In this document: positions 28,487-38,363 of the stretch, piece by piece
Layout of the letters: the number at the start of each line of letters is the position of its first letter
Position numbering within the stretch: position 1 is the first letter of the stretch
Assembly (NCBI GenBank): GCA_977020255.1
Contig: CDROCS010000253.1
Coordinates: 868,001-932,000 of the forward strand
Length of the DNA: 64,000 nucleotides
Direction of reading: 5' to 3'
Origin: Obrimoposthia wandeli
Lineage: Eukaryota
Made by a program: the position numbers and the translations under genes
Notes under the pieces: model-generated
Seen by the model: the letters and a program-made list of their open reading frames with translations, nothing else
Databases searched by the model: none
Told to the model about the DNA's origin: nothing

Positions 28487-30328
28487 TTAATCCTTACTAA
28501 TTTTCTTTATTTTTGGAAAATGAATAACAAAACAGGTATTCATATTATTATTGTCGATCGAAATTTTGGCGTCATGATGATCTAAAATCCCCTTTACAAT
28601 AGATAAACCAAGCCCGGTACCGTCCCCGGTATTTTTTGTAGTAAAAAAGGGTTCAAATATTAATAACTGCTTATCTAATGGGATGGTAGGGCCTGCATCG
28701 GTAATTGAAATTGTGTAGTCTTGTGTCGTTTCTGTCACTAAGATCTTAATCCATTTATCCGGAAGTTCTGATAAAGCATCTATCGCATTATTAATTAAGT
28801 TTACAATCACTTGTTCAATTTCTATTTCATTACACAGAATATTACTCTCTTCAATATGATCGCATTGCAGCGTTATCATGCGAAGTTTTAATTTTGGTCT
28901 CGTAAGTACTATGGCTTCATTAATCACACTTTTAAGTGAGCAAACAGTATGTTGGGTTTCTTCATCACTTCGGGAGAATTTTTTCAGACTCTTAACAATA
29001 TGGGTAATTCGATCACAAGATCTTAAAATGACAGCTGATTTTTCCGAAATATCTTCTGGAGACGCAGTAGTATTAGTTAATTGTAATAATTCAGCATAAC
29101 CAGAAATAATACCTAATGGATTATTTATTTCGTGAGCAATACTTGCTGATAACTCGCCAAGTGCGGCAAATTTTGCGTTCATAATACTTTTTTGTCTTTC
29201 TTGATTATACTTTATCTCGGTAATTTTACGTTGATGAATGTCTTGAATAGTGCCCGATATTGTGTCGATTTTTCCATCTTTATAGTTGGCTTTACCATTG
29301 GTATATATCCATTTTATATCACCTTTTGGTGTTCTGGCTTGTAGCTCTAAACCATAAGATTCACCAAACTCTATTACTCGGCTAACGGCTTTCTCAATAA
29401 TGGGTTGGTCTTCAGTAATAAATAATTGTAGTCCTTCGGGTAACATCGGTGTTAATCCGTCAACTTGTTCAACGTCTAATATTCTAAAGGTTTCATTGGT
29501 CCATGTTAGTACACCCGTAGCCACATCCATTTCCCAACCGCCAACTTTTGCAGCAGAACTTGTTTCACTGAGGATCTGAAGGGCCTTTAAGCGGTCATGT
29601 TCACTATTAACTTTGTCGGTTATATCTTGCCTTATGGCAATGTAATTAGAGATTTTCTCATTATTATCGAATATAGGTACTAAAATGCTTTGTACAAAGT
29701 AGTAATCACCATTTTTCTTGCGATTTTTTATGGCGCCTGACCAAATCTTTCCTGATGATATTTTTTTCCATATCTCACTAAAGAAAGAGGCTGGGTGATG
29801 GTCGGAATTGATTAATTTGTGTGTATTACCGATTAGTTCTGCTTTTGAATATCCCGATATTTGACAAAAATTATCATTAACTTTCGTGATAACACCATTT
29901 ATATCGGTTTCAGCATAAATAGTTTCTTGCGTTAATGCGCGTTGCAAATGTTGCAGTTTATTTCGGACTTTAACTTGCTCGGTAATATCACGAGCAACGG
30001 CATAGATAAGCCCTGAATCACCCTCAAAAGAACCATTCCATGAAAAAGTTAAATAGTGATTGTTTTTATGCCGGTATCTATTTTCAAAAAATAAAGAATT
30101 TTGTCCTGAGTTTAATTTGGCAAATTCTTGCACTGTTTTATCGACATCATCTGGGTGTATAAAATCATGGATGGGCGCGAAGAGTAATTCTTCTTCGCTA
30201 TAGCCTAGTACTTGGGTGAATGAGGGGCTAATGGTTTGGAAATAGCCCTCTGTATTAGCTACACATAACATATCAATAGATAAATTAAAAAATTTCTCGT
30301 AGATGTTCTTATTTGCTTTGATTGGCAT
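28487..30328 (-). CDS. Cytoplasmic triple-PAS sensor histidine kinase
   Basis: Three PAS/PAC blocks, H-box AHEINNPL, N-box QVIVNLINNAIDA, DAGP, FEPFFTTK and GTGLGLS; no TM segment. Confidence 0.93.
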   Translation of the reverse strand: MPIKANKNIYEKFFNLSIDMLCVANTEGYFQTISPSFTQVLGYSEEELLFAPIHDFIHPDDVDKTVQEFAKLNSGQNSLFFENRYRHKNNHYLTFSWNGSFEGDSGLIYAVARDITEQVKVRNKLQHLQRALTQETIYAETDINGVITKVNDNFCQISGYSKAELIGNTHKLINSDHHPASFFSEIWKKISSGKIWSGAIKNRKKNGDYYFVQSILVPIFDNNEKISNYIAIRQDITDKVNSEHDRLKALQILSETSSAAKVGGWEMDVATGVLTWTNETFRILDVEQVDGLTPMLPEGLQLFITEDQPIIEKAVSRVIEFGESYGLELQARTPKGDIKWIYTNGKANYKDGKIDTISGTIQDIHQRKITEIKYNQERQKSIMNAKFAALGELSASIAHEINNPLGIISGYAELLQLTNTTASPEDISEKSAVILRSCDRITHIVKSLKKFSRSDEETQHTVCSLKSVINEAIVLTRPKLKLRMITLQCDHIEESNILCNEIEIEQVIVNLINNAIDALSELPDKWIKILVTETTQDYTISITDAGPTIPLDKQLLIFEPFFTTKNTGDGTGLGLSIVKGILDHHDAKISIDNNNMNTCFVIHFPKIKKISKD

Positions 30329-30429
30329 CGTTAAACTCTATAAAAGCGGGTGTTATATCAAACGGACTAATTTATTAACCCGGTTGGTATTATTAATCAT
30401 CGTAAAATGGTGTTGATAAAGGTGCGTTT

Positions 30430-30742
30430 TATACCCGCTCCACTTGAAGAGAAAGGATTCAGCTGGAATTATAAACGCCTTTAGGCAAGGCATTGATTGA
30501 AGAGAATAGTTATTCTATTGTCAAAATCAATAACGCAGTATAAAGCGTTTATAAACCAGCCCTTTGGAGAAAACTAAGCAAAAAATACCCGTCGTTACAT
30601 TTGTTGCTAAGGAGGCTACATGGATGGTGCTATTAGAAAATGCAGGAGCTTATTCTCTTGAATAACCATTAACAAAAAATGTGCCTTGATTATGATTCGC
30701 TCAGGTTTCTTGAAACGATCATCTTCAAGTGGAACGGGTATA
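30430..30742 (+). mobile_element. ERIC-like/MITE-like element, copy 1 (313 bp)
   Basis: Terminal inverted repeats TATACCCGCTCCACTTGAAGA / TCTTCAAGTGGAACGGGTATA (1 mismatch); body aligns with copies at 38364 and 60459. Confidence 0.9.
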
Positions 30743-30745
30743 TAG

Positions 30746-31324
30746 TTAAGCAATGGCCTTTTTTTTCTCAACAAATTGTGTGATCGTTTCTTTTAAAAGC
30801 GCAAAATTTAGTGGTTTGCCAAAACAAGTTTCAGCCCCTAATTCAACTATCCTATTTACATTATCATCCGTTAATGCGCCGGTCATTGCAATAACACTAA
30901 TATTTGCTGTTGCAGGCGTACTTTTAATACGGTGGCAAATAGAAAAGCCATTAATGCCAGCCATCATTAAATCTAGCATGACCAAATCAGGCTTAAAAGT
31001 ATGCAGTAGATCGCCTGCATCAAAAGGATTATAAGCTATTTTCATTTTAGCGTGAGGAAAAAGGTTTTCTAGGAACTGAGTAAGCATATCGGCAAATTCT
31101 TTATCATCTTCAATGATTAAAATAGAGAAGCTGTTTTTTACACTTGCTTGAGGTTGAGACATTAAGGATAAGATGTCGTTTTTATCGAAACGCCTATGAC
31201 CACCTGGTGTCATAATAAAAGGTAGTCGACCAATTTGAGCCCAATGGCGAATAGTCGTTGGCGCTACATGCAATAATTTAGCCGCTTCTGCAGGTGTTAA
31301 CAGAGACTTTTTACTTATATCCAA
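30746..31324 (-). CDS. Response regulator with N-terminal BldC/excisionase-like HTH and C-terminal REC domain
   Basis: LLTPAEAAKLLHVAPTTIRHWAQIGRLPFIMTPGGHRRF followed by IIEDD, DLVMLD, AMTG and GKP. Confidence 0.9.
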   Translation of the reverse strand: MDISKKSLLTPAEAAKLLHVAPTTIRHWAQIGRLPFIMTPGGHRRFDKNDILSLMSQPQASVKNSFSILIIEDDKEFADMLTQFLENLFPHAKMKIAYNPFDAGDLLHTFKPDLVMLDLMMAGINGFSICHRIKSTPATANISVIAMTGALTDDNVNRIVELGAETCFGKPLNFALLKETITQFVEKKKAIA

Positions 31325-31451
31325 TCTATTTATCCTTAATAAAATAAACCATTTTTACTATAGCAGTCTATTATTCCTTAATATTAACCTAGATCAATGT
31401 AGTCTTTTTTTTATTGAGCTCAAATCAAATTTCAGCTATATTCCACGAGCA

Positions 31452-31478
31452 TTGTCGTTTTTATCGTTTTTGTCGATT
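31452..31478. promoter_or_regulatory. Three tandem 9-bp direct repeats TTGTCGTTT / TTATCGTTT / TTGTCGATT; putative promoter TTGTCG-19 bp-TATAAT (31470-31500)
   Basis: Counted directly in the divergent intergenic region between the HTH-REC gene and the aer-like gene. Confidence 0.65.
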
Positions 31479-31549
31479 CTTATGAATGGTACGATATAAT
31501 TTTGTAACTAGGATGTAAACCTCATTAATTTATATAACAGGAAATCATA

Positions 31550-33085
31550 ATGACAAAGATAAAGCAATCGATTATCAATGAGGAAGTTAATTTTCAAAAC
31601 GGTGTGGAATTAATTTCTACAACGGATAAAAATGGCGTTATTACCTATGCAAACCCTGAATTCTGTCGAATTGCCGGTTTCTCTCTTGATGAACTTGTTG
31701 GACAACATCATAACATTGTAAGGCATCCTGATATGCCAGCTGATGCTTTTAAAGATTTATGGGAAAACTTAAAGTTAGGCTTACCTTGGCGCGGAGTGGT
31801 TAAAAACCGCTGTAAAGATGGTCGTTATTATTGGGTAGATGCCTTTGTAACACCCATTTTCGAATCTGCTGAACTCATTGGCTATCAATCGGTCAGAACA
31901 CGCCTAGACGATGAGACCAAAAAAAATGCAATATTGTCTTATCAAGCATTACAAAATGGCAAGTCATTAAATAAATGGTACCAAAATGCGACCGTTAAAA
32001 ACGTAGCCTACTGGACAGGAAGTATTACCACGTTAGTCAGCGCGATGTATTATCCATACATGATGTTCTTGTTACCTTTATTACCCTTTATAACGTATAA
32101 AAATGAAATTATAGATACGCCCAAATATCTTAAAAAGCTCGCTAATGAATACGACAGTGTTTCACGCCTAATTTATTGTGGCACTAAACCTCAAGGCATT
32201 GCAGATTTTCATTTAAAGATTGCTGAAGGTAAAATAAAAACAATTCTAGGACGCATTATCGATAGTAGTAATTTACTCAGCTCTGGTGCTAGCAATCTAG
32301 AGGAAGCGGCACGAATAGCTAAAGAAGGCACTGAGCAAGAAACTGCCGAATTACATCAAGTATCGACTGCCGTTGAAGAAATGGTTGCCACAATTGATGA
32401 GGTTGCGCAAAACACAACGTTCACCTCACAAAAAGTTAACCAAGCGCATTCTGATTGTGAAATAGCAACACAAGCCATGCACCTGACCATGGAAAAAGTA
32501 AACCTATTAGCTAAAGAAGTCGCTAACTCGGCATCTTCAGCAACAGAGCTCGCGAGTGAAGTAGAAAAAGTTGGTAGCATTATGCATGAAATTCAGGGGA
32601 TTGCAGACCAAACAAACTTATTAGCACTCAATGCTGCAATCGAAGCGGCAAGAGCTGGAGAGCATGGCCGTGGCTTTTCCGTTGTAGCCGATGAAGTTCG
32701 GGCATTATCAAGTAGAACCCATGCAGCAACAGAGCAAATACAAAGCTCAATATCAGAAATGCAAAATACTTTATTGTCTTGGGTACAAACAATGACTAAA
32801 GGTAAAGAGTCTGCTGAGAGCTGTGTTGAAAAAGCGACAGAAGCTCATAATGTTGTTGATAAAGTTTATTCGTCAATTACTGATATTTCTGACTTAGCGA
32901 TTCAAATATCAACCGCATCAGAGGAGCAAAGCATGGTATCTCAAGAGATCAGCCGCAATATTATTAACATCAGTGATGCTTCTCAAAATAACCTTCATCA
33001 AGCCAATACCGTAGAAAGTGAGACAATAAACATTAAAACAAGAGCCAACGCCCTTGGGGCGTTAGGCCAAGCTTTTAATGGATAA
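31550..33085 (+). CDS. aer: Aer-type PAS methyl-accepting chemotaxis/aerotaxis receptor
   Basis: LISTTD..G.ITYAN..F..IAGF...ELVGQHHNIVRHPDMP, YYWVDAFVTP, short hydrophobic hairpin, IADQTNLLALNAAIEAARAGEHGRGFSVVADEVR. Confidence 0.9.
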   Translation: MTKIKQSIINEEVNFQNGVELISTTDKNGVITYANPEFCRIAGFSLDELVGQHHNIVRHPDMPADAFKDLWENLKLGLPWRGVVKNRCKDGRYYWVDAFVTPIFESAELIGYQSVRTRLDDETKKNAILSYQALQNGKSLNKWYQNATVKNVAYWTGSITTLVSAMYYPYMMFLLPLLPFITYKNEIIDTPKYLKKLANEYDSVSRLIYCGTKPQGIADFHLKIAEGKIKTILGRIIDSSNLLSSGASNLEEAARIAKEGTEQETAELHQVSTAVEEMVATIDEVAQNTTFTSQKVNQAHSDCEIATQAMHLTMEKVNLLAKEVANSASSATELASEVEKVGSIMHEIQGIADQTNLLALNAAIEAARAGEHGRGFSVVADEVRALSSRTHAATEQIQSSISEMQNTLLSWVQTMTKGKESAESCVEKATEAHNVVDKVYSSITDISDLAIQISTASEEQSMVSQEISRNIINISDASQNNLHQANTVESETINIKTRANALGALGQAFNG

Positions 33086-33090
33086 AAATT

Positions 33091-35697
33091 ATGACTGATT
33101 ATGCAAACTTATTAATGTCTTTAACCAATAGTTCATCGCTAGATTCAGGAAGTATGAGCCAGTTAATACAAGAAGGACTTTACATTACCCCTGCTTTATT
33201 TTCTGTCGACCGTGCAGGACTTTGGGTATTAAATAAAGACGAAGAAGCTTACCTTTGTGAAGCCGATTTTTTTGATGGCATAATTAACCATATAGCGCCT
33301 CAACCGTTAACTAAACAAGAAGATGCACAGTCTTTTTCGTTTTTAGAACATACCTCGGAAATTATTATAAACAATAATTTTACCCATGAGTCATTTGGCA
33401 TAAATACGAGCAAATTATTATCTGTATTTCAGCTTTCTTCTATGCTTCTTATTCCTTTACAAATTAAAGGCAAAAATAGAGGCTTTATCTTTTTAGGTGA
33501 CAGTGAAAAAAGTACCGAATGGTCTACCGATGTACTGTTTGCCAGTAGAATTTTAGCGCAGCTGTTTGGACGTGCACTATTAGCACTTGATAATACCGCC
33601 GTTGAAACTAAACTCCAGCATCAATACCAATTGATGAATGAAATAGAGAGACTTGCCAAAATTGGTGGTTGGGACTATGAAATATCAACAGGAAAAACAC
33701 ATTGGACTGATGAAACATATCGGATTTATGGATTATCGCCTGATGAAGAAATAACGCTTGAGCAAACGGCCAAATTTTACAGTTCAGAAGCCAAAGAAAA
33801 AATAAAAAGTGTCTTTGAATTAGCCATAAACCAATTAAAACCTTATCAAGTAGAGTTGCCTTTTATTGATGTACAGGGAAATCATAAGTGGGCAAAAACC
33901 ACGGGGCAAATAAGAAGTAATGCTCAAGGTGTTGCCACACATGTTTACGGGGCGTTCGAAGATATAACCGAACAAAAACGATTACTCGACTCAGAAAGGT
34001 CGACTAATCAAAACTTAAAAACCATTGTTGATAATTTAAACGACAGTATTGTTACTATTTCAAGTAAAGGCATTATTTTATCTGCCAATAGAATGGTGGA
34101 AAAAACATTTGGCTATTTACAGCAAGAGTTGATTGGCCAAAATGTGTCCATATTAATGCCAACGCCCTTTGTTTCTCAACATGATAAATATATGCAGAAC
34201 TACCTCAAAACAGGAGATGCTAAAATCATAGGGATAGGGAGAGAACTTCCTGCGATGAAAAAAGATGGCACAACCTTCCCTATGGAATTATCAATATCAG
34301 AGGTGCTGCACGGAAATGAAAGAGTATTTATTGGCATTGTTCGGGACATAACAGAGAGAAAAAAGGCAGAACAAGATATTCATCAACTTGCTTATTATGA
34401 TGAAATAACAGGCGTAATGAACCGTTATTCTCTTGAACGTGATTTAAAAAAATGTTTCGATAAATCCTTACTCTTAAATGAAAATATCACCACGATGTTA
34501 ATAAATCTGGATAAGTTTTCTCAAGTTAACTTAATTTATGGTGATGATATCGGTGACGTAATTCTAAAAGAAACGGCAAAAAGACTCAATGAACGTTTAC
34601 CTTCATCGGTAGTTACCTATAGAAGCAGTGCCGATAGTTTTTATATTCTTTTAAAATTAAGGGGTGCTGCAGGTTTAGATAACGCACCTATAGTTACCAA
34701 TGAAGAATTAGCAGAACAGATTCTTCATGAAATTAATCAAACCATTATGGTCAATCAGCACGCAATTAATGTACAAGCAAGTATAGGAATATTAAACATT
34801 CCTGCTAAAGAAATAGACTACATCGATATCAAACCTTTACTAGAATTAGCTGTTTTTAATGCCAAAAATAAAGGTGGAAATAATTATGTATTTGCCAGCA
34901 ATAATGACACCAGTTTACTTAAAAGACATTCAGAATTATCGTTAGCAATGAAAAGTAGTCAGTTTATCAGTGAACTCAATATTGTCTTGCAGCCTCAATA
35001 TTCTACCCAAGGTAATATTGTTGGCTCAGAAGCATTGGTTCGGTGGCAGTCCGCATCATTAGGCGGAATATCCCCTGCTGAATTTATCCCCTTAGCAGAA
35101 AAGAATGGCGCTATTATTGAGTTAGGTAATTGGATGATCGATAAAGCCTGTATTTTGTTAACAAAAAGGCGTACATTTTCAAAAGAATCATCCCCTATTT
35201 CTGTCAATATAAGTGCTAAGCAAATTGCTCAGCCAAACTTTGTCGATAACCTTTTAGCTAGCCTTGATAAATACCAAATACCCTACTCTGAACTGTTACT
35301 TGAATTAACAGAAAGTGCCCTGGTTACCGACTTGAAACTTGTCGTGGGCAAAATGGAGTTATTAAAAAGAAAGGGCATTCTGTTCTCAATTGATGATTTT
35401 GGTACCGGATATTCAAGCTTAAATTATATTCATCATTTGCCAATAATAGAGTTAAAGATTGATAAGTGTTTTATTGATGATATAAAAAATGAAACCGATG
35501 ATGTCCCTATCATCAATACCATATTGCAAATGGCGAAGTCGTTAAAGTTAAGAGTTGTCGCTGAAGGTGTTGAATCTAAAGAGCAACTGAATTATTTAGC
35601 TGCGCACGGTTGTGATGTTATACAAGGCTATTACTTTTCCAAACCTCTAAACTCTGCTCAATGGTTAGATAAATGGAAAACTAAGGTAAGCATGTAG
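33091..35697 (+). CDS. GAF-PAS-PAS-GGDEF(degenerate)-EAL protein, probable c-di-GMP phosphodiesterase
   Basis: FixL-like PAS (LMP...QHD.Y...YL.TG...IIGIGRE); GGDEF site replaced by SSADSF; intact EAL, DDFGTGYSSL and AEGVE. Confidence 0.9.
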   Translation: MTDYANLLMSLTNSSSLDSGSMSQLIQEGLYITPALFSVDRAGLWVLNKDEEAYLCEADFFDGIINHIAPQPLTKQEDAQSFSFLEHTSEIIINNNFTHESFGINTSKLLSVFQLSSMLLIPLQIKGKNRGFIFLGDSEKSTEWSTDVLFASRILAQLFGRALLALDNTAVETKLQHQYQLMNEIERLAKIGGWDYEISTGKTHWTDETYRIYGLSPDEEITLEQTAKFYSSEAKEKIKSVFELAINQLKPYQVELPFIDVQGNHKWAKTTGQIRSNAQGVATHVYGAFEDITEQKRLLDSERSTNQNLKTIVDNLNDSIVTISSKGIILSANRMVEKTFGYLQQELIGQNVSILMPTPFVSQHDKYMQNYLKTGDAKIIGIGRELPAMKKDGTTFPMELSISEVLHGNERVFIGIVRDITERKKAEQDIHQLAYYDEITGVMNRYSLERDLKKCFDKSLLLNENITTMLINLDKFSQVNLIYGDDIGDVILKETAKRLNERLPSSVVTYRSSADSFYILLKLRGAAGLDNAPIVTNEELAEQILHEINQTIMVNQHAINVQASIGILNIPAKEIDYIDIKPLLELAVFNAKNKGGNNYVFASNNDTSLLKRHSELSLAMKSSQFISELNIVLQPQYSTQGNIVGSEALVRWQSASLGGISPAEFIPLAEKNGAIIELGNWMIDKACILLTKRRTFSKESSPISVNISAKQIAQPNFVDNLLASLDKYQIPYSELLLELTESALVTDLKLVVGKMELLKRKGILFSIDDFGTGYSSLNYIHHLPIIELKIDKCFIDDIKNETDDVPIINTILQMAKSLKLRVVAEGVESKEQLNYLAAHGCDVIQGYYFSKPLNSAQWLDKWKTKVSM

Positions 35698-37564
35698 GAA
35701 TAACTTCTTTTATTAACTTAGGTTGCTGCTCGATAATATCAACAGCAATAGCTGCTGAGCCCGGTCTACGTGGATCTGCCGTACCTAAAAATACGCCATT
35801 ATGTTTCATGATGGCTTGTAAGCTACCCAATGAACTAGATACTTTGACGTTGTAGCCTTTCGCTTTTAAGATATTAACGGTATCAGCAGGGATATTCCTT
35901 TCAACAGACAACACATCGGGTTGCCATTGATGATGCACTCGTGGAGCATTGGTAGCTTCAGCAATATTCATTTCAAAATATAAAACATTAACCAATTGTT
36001 GAAATACCGAGGTAATGATTTTACTGCCGCCAGGCGTACCGGTAGCAAGGTAGGGTTCACCATCTTTTAGCACTATAGTAGGCGTCATTGAGCTTAGCGG
36101 TCGTTTTTTTGCTTCAATGGCATTAGCTATACCGCCAATTAAACCGTAACTATTTGGACTACCCGGTTTTACCGAAAAATCATCCATGGTGTTGTTCAGT
36201 AAAATTCCTGTACCTGGAATAGTGATACCACTACCGTAATTGTGATTTAAGGTATAAGTACTACTCACCACATTACCCGCGGCATCCATTACAGAAAAAT
36301 GCGTCGTATCAGGGCTTTCATATTTACTGGGTTCTCCAGCTTTGATATCACTTGAAGGGGTTATTTTATTCCGCTTAATATTTTTACTGAGTTCTTTTGC
36401 ATAGGTTTTGCTAGTTAAGCCCCTACTCGGTACGTTGGCAAAAGTTGGGTCGCCTAAAAAGGAACTTCTGTCGGCATAGGCACGCTTAAATATTTCAGTT
36501 TGCAGATGTATCAGTGCTGCTGAGCCTTGCTGAATGTTCTCTAAGTTAAGTGTTTCAAACATATTTAACATTTGAATAAGGTGAACGCCACCTGAACTAG
36601 GCGGTGGCATAGTTAAAATTTCAAATCCTTGAAATGTGCCGCGGATAGGCGCTACTTCATTCACTTTATAATCAGCTAAGTCTTGTGCGGTAATAAGACC
36701 TCCCCCCTTCTCCATTGCAGCGACAATGCTTTTTGCAATATCACCTTGATAAAACCCATCTTTACCATGCTCTCGTAAATATGCGAAACTATTCGCGAGG
36801 TCTTCTTGCACCCAAATGTCACCGGCCTGATAAGGTTGGCAATTTTCTTTTAAAAAGACTCTGCATGTTTCGGGACTGCGTGATAAAAAAATTTGTTCTT
36901 TGTAAAAAAAACGTGCCATATCGTCATCAACAACGATGCCAGTTCTAGCGAGTTTCTCTGCGGGTTTAATGACCTCAGACCAAGACATTGAACCATAGTT
37001 TTCAAGAGCATAATGTAGACCAGCTACTGTGCCGGGTACGCCTGAAGCTGATAATGTTTTCAGTGATTTATTCGCTATCGGATAGCCAAACTCATCAAGA
37101 AAAACATCTTTGTATGCTGAAGCAGGAGCTGTTTCTCGATAATCAATCGCAATTATTTTCTTTTCATCACCTAAATGAACCAGCATAAAACCACCACCCG
37201 CTAAGTTTCCAGCGCGTGGTAAAACAACGGATAATGCAAAACCTACCGCTACCGCAGCATCAACTGCGTTGCCGCCTTGCCTAAGAATATCGGCCCCCAC
37301 TTCACTGGCTATGCGCTTTTGACTAACAACCATGCCTTTTCTGCCGATAATAGGGTGATTGACATCATGATAATCAACCAATTGCCATAAACGAGGCAGC
37401 TCAGTTTTGCTAACTTGCTGGATTGCTGTAGTAGCGACACTATTGGTAGCGATGAATGCCAAAAAACAACAGCTTAATTTTATTACCGTATATCGAGACT
37501 TTTTTGGGAGGGTATCTTTGTCGAATAATCGATTATGAATATTGGTAATAAAATTATTTTTCAT
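35681..37564 (-). CDS. ggt: Gamma-glutamyltransferase; its 3' end overlaps the EAL gene by 17 bp
   Basis: GGNAVDAAVA, GGGFML, DYRETAP, GVPGTVAG, PPPSSGG, catalytic TTHFSV, LSSMTP and GTPGGSKI. Confidence 0.96.
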   Translation of the reverse strand: MKNNFITNIHNRLFDKDTLPKKSRYTVIKLSCCFLAFIATNSVATTAIQQVSKTELPRLWQLVDYHDVNHPIIGRKGMVVSQKRIASEVGADILRQGGNAVDAAVAVGFALSVVLPRAGNLAGGGFMLVHLGDEKKIIAIDYRETAPASAYKDVFLDEFGYPIANKSLKTLSASGVPGTVAGLHYALENYGSMSWSEVIKPAEKLARTGIVVDDDMARFFYKEQIFLSRSPETCRVFLKENCQPYQAGDIWVQEDLANSFAYLREHGKDGFYQGDIAKSIVAAMEKGGGLITAQDLADYKVNEVAPIRGTFQGFEILTMPPPSSGGVHLIQMLNMFETLNLENIQQGSAALIHLQTEIFKRAYADRSSFLGDPTFANVPSRGLTSKTYAKELSKNIKRNKITPSSDIKAGEPSKYESPDTTHFSVMDAAGNVVSSTYTLNHNYGSGITIPGTGILLNNTMDDFSVKPGSPNSYGLIGGIANAIEAKKRPLSSMTPTIVLKDGEPYLATGTPGGSKIITSVFQQLVNVLYFEMNIAEATNAPRVHHQWQPDVLSVERNIPADTVNILKAKGYNVKVSSSLGSLQAIMKHNGVFLGTADPRRPGSAAIAVDIIEQQPKLIKEVIPTCLP

Positions 37565-37794
37565 AGCTATTTCTTTATATCATAGGATTTTACACTAAGG
37601 AAAAATGGTTGAATGAACTGCCCAGCTTCTACTCGACAATTTGTCACTCAGAAAATTATCATCATCAACATTAGCAGGTAAATACCCTCATTTATTAATG
37701 AGGCTGGTCAGAATTGTAAAACATTTCTATAATATTATGCAGTTATGCTTTGTATCATGACGTGTCGAATCAAAATACAGCTAAAAATGAAACC

Positions 37795-38265
37795 TTATAC
37801 TTTGGGCTTTTCAGATATCCAAAGTTTAATATTTCCCTTAACCACAACAACATCATTTTCATCATAAGCGGTGATGTTAACAAGCATATCACCCGGTAGC
37901 CAATCTTCTGCATTCACCTTGGCTACACATCGAATATCACTACCCGCTTTAGCGGTGTAATCAACGGTCATTCCTTTTGGTATCCAACGTAGGTGCTTAG
38001 GTACCGATGCTTCTGCCATTACCCCCATAGCCATTTCTAAACCATTACAAATAGCAATCACATGCACCGTTTTTATATGATTAAAAACCTTTTTTCTTTT
38101 TTTAATAAGACAAGTGCACTGATTCGGCACTAATTCTGAAATTTTAGGACTAATAGTCGCAAAATAAGGCGCGATGCGGCTGACCATAATTGAAAAAAGT
38201 TTATTTCCAAAAGGGTATTTTTCAAGTTTATTGTATAACGATAGTGTTTTATTGGTCTGGTTCAT
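37795..38265 (-). CDS. Hotdog-fold thioesterase-like protein (DUF4442 type)
   Basis: APYFATISP, VFNHIKTVHVIAICN and RWIPKGMTVDY. Confidence 0.85.
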   Translation of the reverse strand: MNQTNKTLSLYNKLEKYPFGNKLFSIMVSRIAPYFATISPKISELVPNQCTCLIKKRKKVFNHIKTVHVIAICNGLEMAMGVMAEASVPKHLRWIPKGMTVDYTAKAGSDIRCVAKVNAEDWLPGDMLVNITAYDENDVVVVKGNIKLWISEKPKV

Positions 38266-38363
38266 AATCTGCTTTTAATTGTTATTTTAAAGAGTTTTTT
38301 AATGCTAGCTGAAGGTAACTTATCATTAGCTCAACTTCACTACAAACTAATGAAATAGTTAAC

